Part shown: piece after piece, positions 37,463 through 47,700 of the stretch
How the letters are laid out: every line of letters starts with the position of its first letter
How positions within the stretch are numbered: position 1 is the first letter of the stretch
Source: Minisyncoccota bacterium
GTDB lineage: Bacteria > Patescibacteriota > Minisyncoccia > 2-02-FULL-40-12 > GWA2-44-9
Length of the DNA: 64,000 nucleotides
Direction: 5' to 3'
Assembly: GCA_030583765.1 (NCBI GenBank)
Contig: CP129474.1
Coordinates: 201,709 to 265,708 of the forward strand
Notes under the pieces: generated by a model
Databases searched by the model: none
Told to the model about the DNA's origin: nothing
The model's input: only the letters and a program-made list of their open reading frames with translations
Translations under genes and position numbers: made by a program

Positions 37463-39216
37463 GGTTGCGGCAATACGTCCTCGAGCGCACGCTGCAATCG
37501 CGGCGTAGTGATGCCCGCCCCTAGCGCTCGCGCATCTTCAGTGCGACCTTCTGCGTGCGCGAGCAGCGCCCGTGCAAATGTAAGCTCGTCAGGGACCGCT
37601 CGCGCCGCGTGTGTATCTAATAATACACGCGCTGCATCAGTATCCCCAAGCGCAATGTGTACAAGGGAGAGGTACCACACTTCACTCCAACGTGGGTATA
37701 CGGCTAACGCATCGGAAAGCACCGCACGCGCGTCTACAAAATAACCCGCATCATAGTACAGCGCTCCAAGGCCACGATACGCATTGAGATAATCAGGACG
37801 AGCCTGTATCGCTCGCTTCCAGAACCCCTCAGCAGCCGTGTAGTCACCTTGGCGTTGCGCGATAGCGCCCGCAAGATTCAACGCTGGAGCATGCTCCGGA
37901 GCTTTAAGTAGTACCGCGTCAATACGCGAGCGTGCATTTGCAAGGCGCTCGTTTTTGAGATCGAGATACGCCATATTCGTTTGATTCACCACGCTCTCTG
38001 GCTGTGCAGCAAATGCGCTCTGGAATAATGCTTCTTCTGAAACCCATACACCCGAACGCTGGAAAGACACAATCGCATACACCGCTATCGCCGCGATTCC
38101 CCCAACCCGCACTATACGAGGCCATTGCTCATACATGCGCATACAGACGCCAGCGGCAAGAAGTGAAAGCCCAGCAGAGGGAATATACCACAGTCGCTCT
38201 GCGAAGATCGTACCAATAGGCACAATGATATTCGCCACAACGAGAAGAGGAAAAAGAAAGAGCGCGCCCGCATATCCATACAGCGTGTTTCGATAGCGCA
38301 CGACGGCAAGGATCGCACTCAATATAATAAGGGCACCTAGCAGGCTACCAAACCACGACAGCGATGAAAAGACGCTGTATGAATAGTCGGACGAAAGCGA
38401 GAAAGGCGCCCATACCCGCGCGAAACCCTCCCACACGACGCGCAGCGCCATAGCAACCCCAGTGAGCCATGAGGGCGCATGCGCAATTGCGTTATAAACC
38501 ATAGACGCATCAGTAGAAAAAGCATACTCACCTAACACCATAATGCGAATCCCCAGAAAGAGGGCGAGCGCGGCAACGTGCCAACGCATTGCCATCGCGA
38601 TATCCCTCATACCGACCCCCCGATACCACAGCATCACCCCAAGCACCGGGAGGACTGCAACAGCAGTTTCTTTGGATAAGAGCCCTGCAAGGAACAAGAG
38701 AGCAGAAAGAAAAGATTTTCTGGAAAGTCCCGCTATGATGGCGCCTAGAAAGCCAAGTGCCATCATGAGCTCCGCGCGCCCGACGATAGAAGCGACCGCT
38801 TCTACATGTATTGGCAATAGAGCGAAAAGGAGTGCCGTCGCCCCAGCAATGCGAGGTGTAGACAGCATACGAACAAGCACAAATACTGCGGTGATCACTC
38901 CTGCATGCAGTACAAGGTTCACTACGTGAAACGAAACAGGCCCATCCCCAAAGAGCCACGCATTCAACGCGTACGAAAGAATAGTCAGGGGCCTATAGAG
39001 TCCCGTGCGCGGTTGGTATGCATGGTATGAGGTACTAAAAATGCTTCCCACGTCAGGAACGCCTCCGATCAGAGGGTTGCCGACGATGACAATGCCGTCA
39101 TCAAATACAAATGCGCCGCCGATACTCGGCGCAAAGAGCACCACGGAAAGCGCAAGGGCTGTCAGAAAGACAGCCCAGGGGGTTCGTGCTACCAATGCGC
39201 GCTCAAAAAATGCCAT
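37459..39216 (-). CDS. PMT/TMTC-like GT-C-fold membrane protein with C-terminal TPR repeats (paralog B1)
   Basis: N-terminal multi-TM region with first-loop acidic motif AFVFDDGIVIVGNPL (compare the PMT VFDEVHF DE motif). The C-terminal ~200 aa is TPR (YRGLGALYYDAGYFVDARAVLSDALAVYP...). Confidence 0.55.
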   Translation of the reverse strand: MAFFERALVARTPWAVFLTALALSVVLFAPSIGGAFVFDDGIVIVGNPLIGGVPDVGSIFSTSYHAYQPRTGLYRPLTILSYALNAWLFGDGPVSFHVVNLVLHAGVITAVFVLVRMLSTPRIAGATALLFALLPIHVEAVASIVGRAELMMALGFLGAIIAGLSRKSFLSALLFLAGLLSKETAVAVLPVLGVMLWYRGVGMRDIAMAMRWHVAALALFLGIRIMVLGEYAFSTDASMVYNAIAHAPSWLTGVAMALRVVWEGFARVWAPFSLSSDYSYSVFSSLSWFGSLLGALIILSAILAVVRYRNTLYGYAGALFLFPLLVVANIIVPIGTIFAERLWYIPSAGLSLLAAGVCMRMYEQWPRIVRVGGIAAIAVYAIVSFQRSGVWVSEEALFQSAFAAQPESVVNQTNMAYLDLKNERLANARSRIDAVLLKAPEHAPALNLAGAIAQRQGDYTAAEGFWKRAIQARPDYLNAYRGLGALYYDAGYFVDARAVLSDALAVYPRWSEVWYLSLVHIALGDTDAARVLLDTHAARAVPDELTFARALLAHAEGRTEDARALGAGITTPRLQRALEDVLPQP

Positions 39217-39219
39217 AGG

Positions 39220-39786
39220 CTAAAACGCCACGTCGACAACAATCGAACCACTACACTTTGCCTGCTTCACCACCACGTTGCCATCAATAACCTGCCCGTA
39301 ACCAACCTCCGCTCCAAGTGTATAGCGCTTCGCAGGGTTTGCCGGAAGGGCCACAGTAATGTCAGATGACCCGCTCGGAAGATTAAGTGACTCAAAAATA
39401 TTAGGGCCAATGTTGAGCCCACCCGATGGAGTTGTCTTCCACACGATGTTGCGCCCTCGACTATCAATATTCTCCCAAGAGATGCGGGCATCTCTTAACT
39501 CGTACGTATCTTTGCTCAAAAACCGGACAGACCCCTCAAGTTTGCATGATGCTGGCGCCTTGAGTCCTGTTGGTCCAAAAAATGGAGTTGTCGTTGGACG
39601 CGGTTTTTCTGAGGGAGAGGGCGAGCTACTCGGCGACGGAAGAACGCTCGGACTTCCTGAAATGCTCGGCGATGGAGACGCTTCTATGCGAGCGTCATTC
39701 CAGCGTACAACCCCCCACGCGAGAGCAAGCACAGCCCCCGCAATAACCGAACCTACAATAAGTGATTTCTGCATATAAGGCATCAT
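39220..39786 (-). CDS. Small membrane-anchored secreted protein with a Ser/Pro-rich linker (candidate glycosylation substrate)
   Basis: An N-terminal TM anchor, then SPSPSISGSPSVLPSPSSSPSPSEKPRPTTTP, then a beta-rich ~120-aa domain. Confidence 0.45.
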   Translation of the reverse strand: MMPYMQKSLIVGSVIAGAVLALAWGVVRWNDARIEASPSPSISGSPSVLPSPSSSPSPSEKPRPTTTPFFGPTGLKAPASCKLEGSVRFLSKDTYELRDARISWENIDSRGRNIVWKTTPSGGLNIGPNIFESLNLPSGSSDITVALPANPAKRYTLGAEVGYGQVIDGNVVVKQAKCSGSIVVDVAF

Positions 39787-39795
39787 AGCAAGCTC

Positions 39796-41580
39796 CTAGA
39801 GAGAGCTCAACTCCTTCTCAATGAGGGCTCGAATCTCGCTCCCCGGCGCCGCTAGGGAGAGCCCCTTTTCTAATGCCGCGAGCGCCTCCGCCCTATTCCC
39901 GATCCTTGCCTCAATGCGCCCTAAATTCAGATATCCGATAGGATGGGAGGGAAGGAGTTCAACCCACTTTTGTATCATCGTGCGGGCAAGCGCCAAATCA
40001 CCCTCTTTTGCAGCAATGCTGGCGAGTCCCTCATATGCATAGGGAAAGGCGGGGTCAATGGCAACGGCCTTTTCAAATGCAGCTCGCGCGCCATAGATAT
40101 CGTTACGGGCCAAAAGAATACTCCCGATATTATAGTGTGGCTGTGGGAAGGTATCTTCGGCAGCAACCGCTTTCCAGTAGTACTCTTCAGCGCGCGCGTA
40201 TTCACCTCGATCGTAGTAGATGTTGCCGACATTGTTGTTAATGCGCGCACTCTGTGGCTCATAGCGAAGAATGTCTAGATAGAATGCGAGCGGATCTCCC
40301 CACAGACGATTGCGCTGGATCGAAAGTATGCTGAACACGATGACAGCCACCACAAACCCTGTAGCCATGAGTGGGCGCACCCACGTAAACATATTCCGTT
40401 CCCATATACGCCATGCGGCCCACGCGCCTGCGGTAAGTGGCCCCACCATCGCAAGGTAGAGCCAATGTTCATAGATCAGCGCGTTCACGGGCGTAATGCC
40501 CGAGGTCAACGCCATGCAGGAGAAGAACCACCCCAGCGCAAAAAACAAAAGGTGCGCGCTGTTCGGGCGGCCCTCCTCAACGGTTCGCAAGCGTCGCACC
40601 AATATGACACAGAGGCCAATAAGCGCACTCACAAAAAGTACCGGGATCAGGACGGGTAGCTGCAAAATGTGCGTGTAGACCACCGCGGAACGCTCCATGT
40701 GCAATCCAAGAGGCCACAAGAACATCGATGCATATTCGGTCAGCAGCGACGCAAAGGTCATGAGTCGGACAAACACACTCTCCGTATATGGATTGCTCTG
40801 CGCAAAGAAATTAAGTGTATTTTCAAAATTTAAAACCGTAAGGCGCAATATGCCGTACACCAACGAAATGCCGAAAAACGGCCAGAGGTAGCGCGCCACC
40901 CCCACAATCGCCTGTCGCACCGATCCCACCGCAACAAACGAAAGAAAATACACTGAAGCAAGGAGGGGGAAGATAACTGCGGTCTCCCTACTTAAGAGCG
41001 CAAGCACGCTTGCCACCATGGCGCCGATATACCAGCGTCGCGCATGTGTTTCACGGGCTTTCAGAAGCATCCAGAGCGCCGCAAGCATGCCGAAAACATG
41101 GAGAGGATCTCCGCGACCGGCAACGTATGTCACCGCCTCAGTTTGGAGCGGATGCAACCCAAATATCGCCGCAACAACAAAGGGGATAAAGCGCTTCTGA
41201 AAGGCGCGCTCTAGAAGCAAGAACACAAGCACTACATTCGCAATGTGGAGTACGTTGTTCACAAGGTGATACCCAAAAGGAGCCGCACCGTGGAGCACAT
41301 AATTTATGGCGAACGTAAAGAATAAGAAGGGGCGATAATAGTTGCTCTGCAGACCAATACCGGCAAGCGTATTGTGCGAAAACCAAAACGTAATAGTGTC
41401 CCACGAGATAGAGTGCACCGCGGGATTGTTGACGATCCAATCAGTATCATCCCAAAACAAGGGATTTTGTAAGTTTGTTGCGTATACAAAAAATACCGAA
41501 ATGCAAAGACCGAGAATCATGAGCATGCGGGTGCGTTGTTGTGCGGATGATCCCAACATAGGCAAAGATAAGTATGCCAA
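39796..41580 (-). CDS. PMT/TMTC-like GT-C-fold membrane protein with C-terminal TPR repeats (paralog B2)
   Basis: First-loop motif LQNPLFWDDTDWIVNNPAV parallels B1. Multi-TM core. C-terminal TPRs (NNNVGNIYYDRGEYARAEEYYWKAVAAEDTFPQPHYNIG...). Confidence 0.55.
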   Translation of the reverse strand: MAYLSLPMLGSSAQQRTRMLMILGLCISVFFVYATNLQNPLFWDDTDWIVNNPAVHSISWDTITFWFSHNTLAGIGLQSNYYRPFLFFTFAINYVLHGAAPFGYHLVNNVLHIANVVLVFLLLERAFQKRFIPFVVAAIFGLHPLQTEAVTYVAGRGDPLHVFGMLAALWMLLKARETHARRWYIGAMVASVLALLSRETAVIFPLLASVYFLSFVAVGSVRQAIVGVARYLWPFFGISLVYGILRLTVLNFENTLNFFAQSNPYTESVFVRLMTFASLLTEYASMFLWPLGLHMERSAVVYTHILQLPVLIPVLFVSALIGLCVILVRRLRTVEEGRPNSAHLLFFALGWFFSCMALTSGITPVNALIYEHWLYLAMVGPLTAGAWAAWRIWERNMFTWVRPLMATGFVVAVIVFSILSIQRNRLWGDPLAFYLDILRYEPQSARINNNVGNIYYDRGEYARAEEYYWKAVAAEDTFPQPHYNIGSILLARNDIYGARAAFEKAVAIDPAFPYAYEGLASIAAKEGDLALARTMIQKWVELLPSHPIGYLNLGRIEARIGNRAEALAALEKGLSLAAPGSEIRALIEKELSSL

Positions 41581-41601
41581 GCAACAAGCGTCAGCGCAAT
41601 C

Positions 41602-43371
41602 CTACGGACGACCGAGCCACAGTGCGCTCTGTCCAGCGTGTGTGTGGGCCATACGACGAGCATAATCGCGCGCAGCTGTATCCCCAAGCACGTCGTAACA
41701 TTCAGCAAGCTTCCGATACGCAACTCCTCGCGCAATGCTTGAACCCGTCAGCGGCAACCATGTGTCTCGCGCAAGGTCGCATCGCCCAAGTGCTTGGAAG
41801 AACATACCCAGACGCATACGCGGCAATACCGCATCCGGTGCTCGCTCGAGCACGCGTGTATATTCGCGTAAAAGCTCTGGAATACGTGCCTCGGGAATTT
41901 TACGAAGCGTTGCTTCAATGGTGTCATTGATGTGCGTAATGGAAAGCGCATAGCGTTCTATCAGCGTGGCATGCTCTGGAATGCGTTTTACAAAAATCAT
42001 GCCGAAATTATCCCAGTAGACAAGCGCCCAGTCTGCACGCGTCGAAAGCATATATGCGAGCGATTCCCACGGGCGCACGAGCGCGCTTGTGAACTGGTAG
42101 CGTTCCAATATTTCATCTACGCGCTCTCCTTGTGCGAACGCCACAGAGTCTTGAAGTGGGCCGTCGTAGAAACATTCGCACCCGCCCCATAAGAAGACGT
42201 TACGCTCGGGGTAGTGGGCGAGCATATAATTCCCCCATGTCATCGTGTGATACATGCGAGCATCTCCGGGCACATGAGTATCTGCGAAATGTATGAGATC
42301 TCGTGGCCACACGGCATAGGGATCTCGCAACCCCGCCCCTGCACGCCATCCGAAAAAGAGAACAACGCAGATCGCGCACGCAGCACACACCCACTCCCAT
42401 CGCACGAGCACGCGCAGGTGGGTCATCGCGCGAAGAGCCATAGGCAGCAGTACGAGCCACGCAAAAGGAATGTACTTCATGGACACCCACGGCATAAGCC
42501 AAAAACCAACTGACAGACCAAGCGTTCGGAATGCACGATTCTCAGAGCGAAAAGCATACCAGAGCGCAAGCGCCCCCAACACTATATGCATCACAAAAAT
42601 AAATACGCCCTGGCTCGTGCCCATATGGGCGGTAAGTGGCATTGTCTCAAGCAGTGCCGCAAATACACCGGTTTGTCGTAATGGTTGGAGGGCATACGTA
42701 TAGATCGAAGCGCCGAGAGGATTTGCAAGCGTCGCTAAAAATCCGACGCCCAAAGAAGAAAAGAGGATAGTCTTTGTCCGAGAAGATACATGGGACAAAT
42801 TCCCCCACACCGTATCAAGGATGAACGCTAGGCCAACTCCAAGCGCGAGAATGATCGAAGCATGCGTATTCGCCCAAAAGAAAAGCGTGCCCACAAGGAG
42901 CGCGCCCCATCGCCATGATGCATGCGCAAAGAGGCGCTCCAGCACAAAGAGCATCCCCGCCAATCCTAGGTATGCAAAAAGTTGCGGGCGGGGAGTGATA
43001 AAAGGCGTCAGCGCTCCGGCAACCAAAACAAAAAGAAGCGCCGTGTGTCCCGATAGTCGCCCGCCGCGCCATGAAAGCGCAAGAACCGCCGCGCCACAAA
43101 ATGCAGAAAACCACGCCACAAGAGGCCACTCGCCTATGCGCCACACCAACGCGGCAACGGCTTGGAATAACCACTCGTGGTTCTCCCATGCCGCACCAAA
43201 GCGCGAAAAAGAAAATGATTCAGTGCGTATAAAAGATCCTTGCTGAAGTAATTCTTCGCCAATACGGAGATGGAACCACGTATCAGCATCGGGGGCCACA
43301 GGAACAAGCATGGCTATAACCAGCAATGCGCCAACAACAGAGATCACGATGCGCTGACGTAACGAGATCAT
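41602..43371 (-). CDS. Polytopic integral membrane protein, uncharacterized family (paralog A2 of 35996..37462)
   Basis: Multi-TM with the same motif set as A1, plus a C-terminal soluble region with TPR-like helices. Confidence 0.45.
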   Translation of the reverse strand: MISLRQRIVISVVGALLVIAMLVPVAPDADTWFHLRIGEELLQQGSFIRTESFSFSRFGAAWENHEWLFQAVAALVWRIGEWPLVAWFSAFCGAAVLALSWRGGRLSGHTALLFVLVAGALTPFITPRPQLFAYLGLAGMLFVLERLFAHASWRWGALLVGTLFFWANTHASIILALGVGLAFILDTVWGNLSHVSSRTKTILFSSLGVGFLATLANPLGASIYTYALQPLRQTGVFAALLETMPLTAHMGTSQGVFIFVMHIVLGALALWYAFRSENRAFRTLGLSVGFWLMPWVSMKYIPFAWLVLLPMALRAMTHLRVLVRWEWVCAACAICVVLFFGWRAGAGLRDPYAVWPRDLIHFADTHVPGDARMYHTMTWGNYMLAHYPERNVFLWGGCECFYDGPLQDSVAFAQGERVDEILERYQFTSALVRPWESLAYMLSTRADWALVYWDNFGMIFVKRIPEHATLIERYALSITHINDTIEATLRKIPEARIPELLREYTRVLERAPDAVLPRMRLGMFFQALGRCDLARDTWLPLTGSSIARGVAYRKLAECYDVLGDTAARDYARRMAHTHAGQSALWLGRP

Positions 43372-44639
43372 GATTGCGGAGCAACGCGCCAGATAGCACC
43401 AGCGGCATCGTCAGAAATATACAGCGCACCATCGGGACCAAACTTGAGATCAACGGGCCTCCCAAAGAGCTTGCCGTCACGCAACCACCCGGTAATAAAG
43501 TCACCGGAATCACTCACGTTACCTTTCGCATCCACGGCGAAGCGCACCACCTTATACCCTGTGGGCGTACTCCGATTCCATGAGCCGTGATATGCCACCA
43601 GTAATTGCCCGCCGAGTGAGCCCCAGCCCTTCGCCGGAACAAATGCAATACCCAAAGGCGCTGAATGCGCAGGAAGCTCAATCGCCGCGGGAATAGTTTT
43701 TGCACAATCAGTTTGAATATCCGTTCGCGAGAATCTCCCTGGGTTAAACTTCGTATCACGCACCCGATCACCATAACAAAACGGCCATCCATAGCTCTGC
43801 TCTGAACGAATAATGTTTACTTCGTCAGGCGGAAGATCGTCTCCCAAGTTGTCGCGACCCATATCGGTGCCCCATATTTCTTTCGTTATGGGGTGAAATG
43901 TAAAAAAGACCGTATTCCGCAAACCGCCCGCAAACTCTGCAGTATACGTGCCCTCAGGGTCCGCTTCGAGTAATGACCCGTATTTCCACGTCGCCTCTTC
44001 AACGCACACATCACACGAAGAGCCGACCGTTGCATAGAGCTTTGTCTCACTCAAAAATCCTGAAAGTTTTGGCGCTCCAGGGCCACTCACGATCTCATTT
44101 TTACGTAGCTTTGGCCCAAAGGCGATTGTGCGCGTCACGTGCCTCCCGCCAACAGGAAATGACATGATCTGCTCTCGCTTCGCAGTGTTGGTAATACTGC
44201 CCGTTGCGAGATCATAGGGATACCGCCACACACCACGCTCCTCCGCAATGTAGATAAAAGTCTTTTTTGCGTCGTTCGTATAAAACGCAATCCCGTGGGG
44301 ATTCGTAAGGCCAGCCATAAGCACCGTGCGGGCCTCAGCGCTCCCATCGCGATTTGTATCATCAAGGCGCGTGATGCGTCCTGCTTTCATCTCACTTACC
44401 ACCATGCGGCCGCGCGGATCAAACGCAATGGCGCGTGGTCCTTCAAGACCCTGCGCAAATGCGCGTGCGCCAACAGTTGGAGGAAGCGTGAGGAAATCAG
44501 CAGAGCCGTCGGCAGGAATTGGTGTCGGTTCTGGCACCCGATACCCGACCCAATAAGCGATACGCATTGGTCCAACGATAAAAATAGCGGCAATGAGCAC
44601 CGCAACAATGCCGACACCTATAAGAAGCTTTTTATGCAT
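43368..44639 (-). CDS. PQQ-dependent sugar dehydrogenase (GSDH/YliI/sorbosone dehydrogenase family beta-propeller), N-terminally membrane anchored
   Basis: N-terminal TM segment. GSDH hallmarks HSAPLGIAF, VAYHGSWNRSTPTGYKVVRF, GRPVDLKFGPDGALYISDDAAGAIWRV. Confidence 0.75.
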   Translation of the reverse strand: MHKKLLIGVGIVAVLIAAIFIVGPMRIAYWVGYRVPEPTPIPADGSADFLTLPPTVGARAFAQGLEGPRAIAFDPRGRMVVSEMKAGRITRLDDTNRDGSAEARTVLMAGLTNPHGIAFYTNDAKKTFIYIAEERGVWRYPYDLATGSITNTAKREQIMSFPVGGRHVTRTIAFGPKLRKNEIVSGPGAPKLSGFLSETKLYATVGSSCDVCVEEATWKYGSLLEADPEGTYTAEFAGGLRNTVFFTFHPITKEIWGTDMGRDNLGDDLPPDEVNIIRSEQSYGWPFCYGDRVRDTKFNPGRFSRTDIQTDCAKTIPAAIELPAHSAPLGIAFVPAKGWGSLGGQLLVAYHGSWNRSTPTGYKVVRFAVDAKGNVSDSGDFITGWLRDGKLFGRPVDLKFGPDGALYISDDAAGAIWRVAPQS

Positions 44640-44667
44640 ATCGCCATTCTATGCAAAGACTAGGACC

Positions 44668-44705
44668 GATGCAACAAAAACCAAACCCCGCCCTTTCAGG
44701 CGGGG
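44668..44705 (-). terminator. Rho-independent terminator downstream of the giant surface-protein gene
   Basis: On the minus strand: CCCCGCC-TGAAAGG-GCGGGG stem-loop followed by TTTGGTTTTTGTT, 40 nt after the stop at 44746. Confidence 0.6.
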
Positions 44706-44745
44706 TTGGCTCTTGATGAGTGCTCGTGAGAGCGCTCATTTCAGA

Positions 44746-47700
44746 TTACTGCGCGGTGAACTGGTAGCCACTCATCGGCAGGTTGCGCAAGAAGCCTTGC
44801 GTCGACGCAACGTCAGCATCCGAAGATGAGTTCGTTGAGTTATCAACCCACTGAATCAAGCTGTCCTCGTTGTCACGCAATACGAGCTGGAAGTAGTCCG
44901 ATGCAACGCCAGAGCTGGTGTTGGTCGGCGTGTTGAAGCCCGTGATGGTGTCCAAGTAGACCCTGAGGGTCTTCGAGGTACCGCCCGTGATTTCAACGTC
45001 CTGGCTCGAGAAGTCGATCGTCATGCTTGCACCCACGGATGGGTTCGAAGCATTCGTGATCGTACCGGTATCAACAATCGTTCCAACTTCATCGCGAACG
45101 GTGAAGGTGGGACTTGCGGTACCAGTGGCACCAGATGCAACGGTATCGAATTTAATCGAACCGGATGCAGTTGCGGTGTTGTCGAAGAACAAGCGGGAGT
45201 CCGAGAGACCCTTTGCCGTGATGGTAAAGGTCAAGACTGGATCAACCGTTGAGAGCTTCGTTGCGGTTGGAGCAACAAGTGCAAATTCTGGGAATACGCG
45301 GTAGATACGCGTACTGCGGCCGGCGTCTGCCAAGTCGCGATTTACAATGTTGGAATCCGAAGCATCAATCGTGACACCGGATTCGCCGGTTGCCTTGAAG
45401 ATGCTTGTCGCGCTTACACCCGCCCCATGGTCACCAATGAAGGCGAGATCCCAAACTTTGCCGGAGGTTGCACCCTCAGCCTTAGTCATGTAATCCACCT
45501 TAAGGATGATATCGAGCGAGCTGTCTTTCGCAACATACGGACGATCATTGTCAGCGAAGCCGCTGAATGACGCTGTTGCGAGAGCACCATTGGATGATTT
45601 CGTGATCTCAGAGCCAGCCTTGTTCTTGTACGTGATGTACATATTCTTTGCGTTTTGGGCAAAGTCGGTCTTCTGAGTTCCGTGGTCATCTTCACCAAAT
45701 GTGATGGTGTCGATGTAGTAGCCTTCGTTTGCCGCTGTAAAGCGCCATACGCCTGCTACATCACCATTTTGACCCCAGTACACAGAGTGCTTCTGTGGAG
45801 AGTCGGCTGTGTTTGTAGCAACTGTTAGAGAACCTGAGTTCTTGACAGTCACTATTGTGGTCGGTGACGTACCACCATTTGGATCAGCATTGCCTGCGTT
45901 TACCTGGCGAGATGAATCATCAAGCGCGGTAACATCAGTCGTTGCATCGATGTCGAACGAGAAGTAGTCACTGCCTGATGCGCTCGTTGCATTCGCGCCA
46001 AGGTTGACACGAACTAAGAGCGTCTTTGTTGCACCAGCTGGGATATTCCAGTTCATGTTATTGAACGAGACCTTACCAGTGGTCGCTGAGAGCGAGGATG
46101 CCACACCCGAAGCGATCGGGTTCGTCATGTTTTCGCTATCGTAGAGAGCAACCGAGCTAACGAGGTTAGCAATAGTGATCCCCGTATCAGGCGCTGGAGC
46201 AGTGCCTGCCCCGAAGGTACCAGCAACGCCAGAGTCAGAAACATAGCCCGTGAGGGAGATGTCCGTCACCTTAAGCGCTGAAGCCTGGGAGGCCTTGAAT
46301 GTGATGCCGACGGCGTCAACATTACTGGTTCTGCGTACAAACGTCTGACTATTTACTGAGCCGAGACCAAGCGTCAGTGAAGAAGCCTGGATCGTCAGCG
46401 CTGGACCCGCCATATCAGATTGCGGAACGATGTCTGCATCTGCTACCGCGGTGTTGGTGCCCGCATACTTCATGACAGTGATGTCAGGAGTATCGTCGGT
46501 GAAGTTGTCCAAGAATACCTGGATTGCATCACCAGCTGCGAGCGCAGTACCGGAGCGGCTGTTTGCCGTCTTGATGTCTGCAGTGACCTTGAAGTTGTAG
46601 GTTTTGCCTGCAACGAGATCGTAGGTGTCAGTAAAGGTCTTCTGTGCACCCGTTGCGCTATCTTCACACGTGCCCGAATCGGACGTGGTGAAGGCCGAGC
46701 CATCCTGAGGACCCATAACCGTTACGCCGGTGTCCTTGTTGACGACCTTGAAGTCATCGAGGTCTGCCCAACCGTTGGTGGTGTCTGCCGCGTTTGCGTA
46801 AGAACCATCAGCACCAGGATCATGACAGAGCGTGAACTCCGTCTTGCGAACTTCGATGTTGCTTGCGGCAGTCATCGAGTACTCAAGCAAGGTGGTGTCG
46901 GCTGTATCCGTACCAATGTTTGCTGAGCTCAACGAAGACGAAACAATCGTAAGAACGCCACCCTGGAGGGTTACGTCGAACGCTTCCGCTGCGGAGTCCA
47001 TGTCGGAGATCGTTGCGGCCATACCAAAGCCGTACTGATCACCGATCGCAAGGATATCGGTCGAATTTTCGAAGTAGAGGTTTACGTCCTCATCTTTGCG
47101 CCCGCCAAGATCTGCATAGACCTTGAAGACCTGCTCACCACCCTTCACGATAGAGAAGCCAGAACCAAGATCAAACACGAGATAGCTGTCGCTCGTCATT
47201 GAGCCAGACCATTCGTTCGTGCCTGCCTTGAGCTTGATGTTCGTGATGTCAGACGGCTTGACCGTGCCACCCTGGAACATCGTGATGCGCTTCACGGAAG
47301 CTGCTTCGGTGTTTGCCGTAAGCTTGAATTCCGAGATCTGTGCGCCCTTCTGACCAACCGTCGGGTTCGGGATCGAACCAACCTTGTTCATCGTGATGCC
47401 ACCGCTGTCTGAACCAGAGATGGACATTGTGTTGCCCGTGACTGGCAAACCGCCGACAGAACCCGATGCGAGCATTGCGCCCTTGAGCTCAAAGTAGTTG
47501 ACGTTACCGCCCGTTGCCGAGAGGTCACCAACCAATGAGAGTTCGCGAGTACCGCTCACCGAAAGGTTGAGGTTCGCAAACGTCACTTCACCCGTGGAAG
47601 ATGAGAGCGACTTGCCTGAGGTCAAACGGCGTGCACCTTCGTACACGTACAGGTTGTCGAAATCGTCGGTGGAACCTGCACCCAAGCGCTTGAACGTTAC

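Noticed and set aside
44716-44739. Imperfect palindrome ATGAGTGCTC...GAGCGCTCAT just after the giant gene's stop
   Set aside because: It has a mismatch and no flanking U-tract. The adjacent CCCCGCC hairpin at 44686..44705 is the better terminator, so this is likely incidental.
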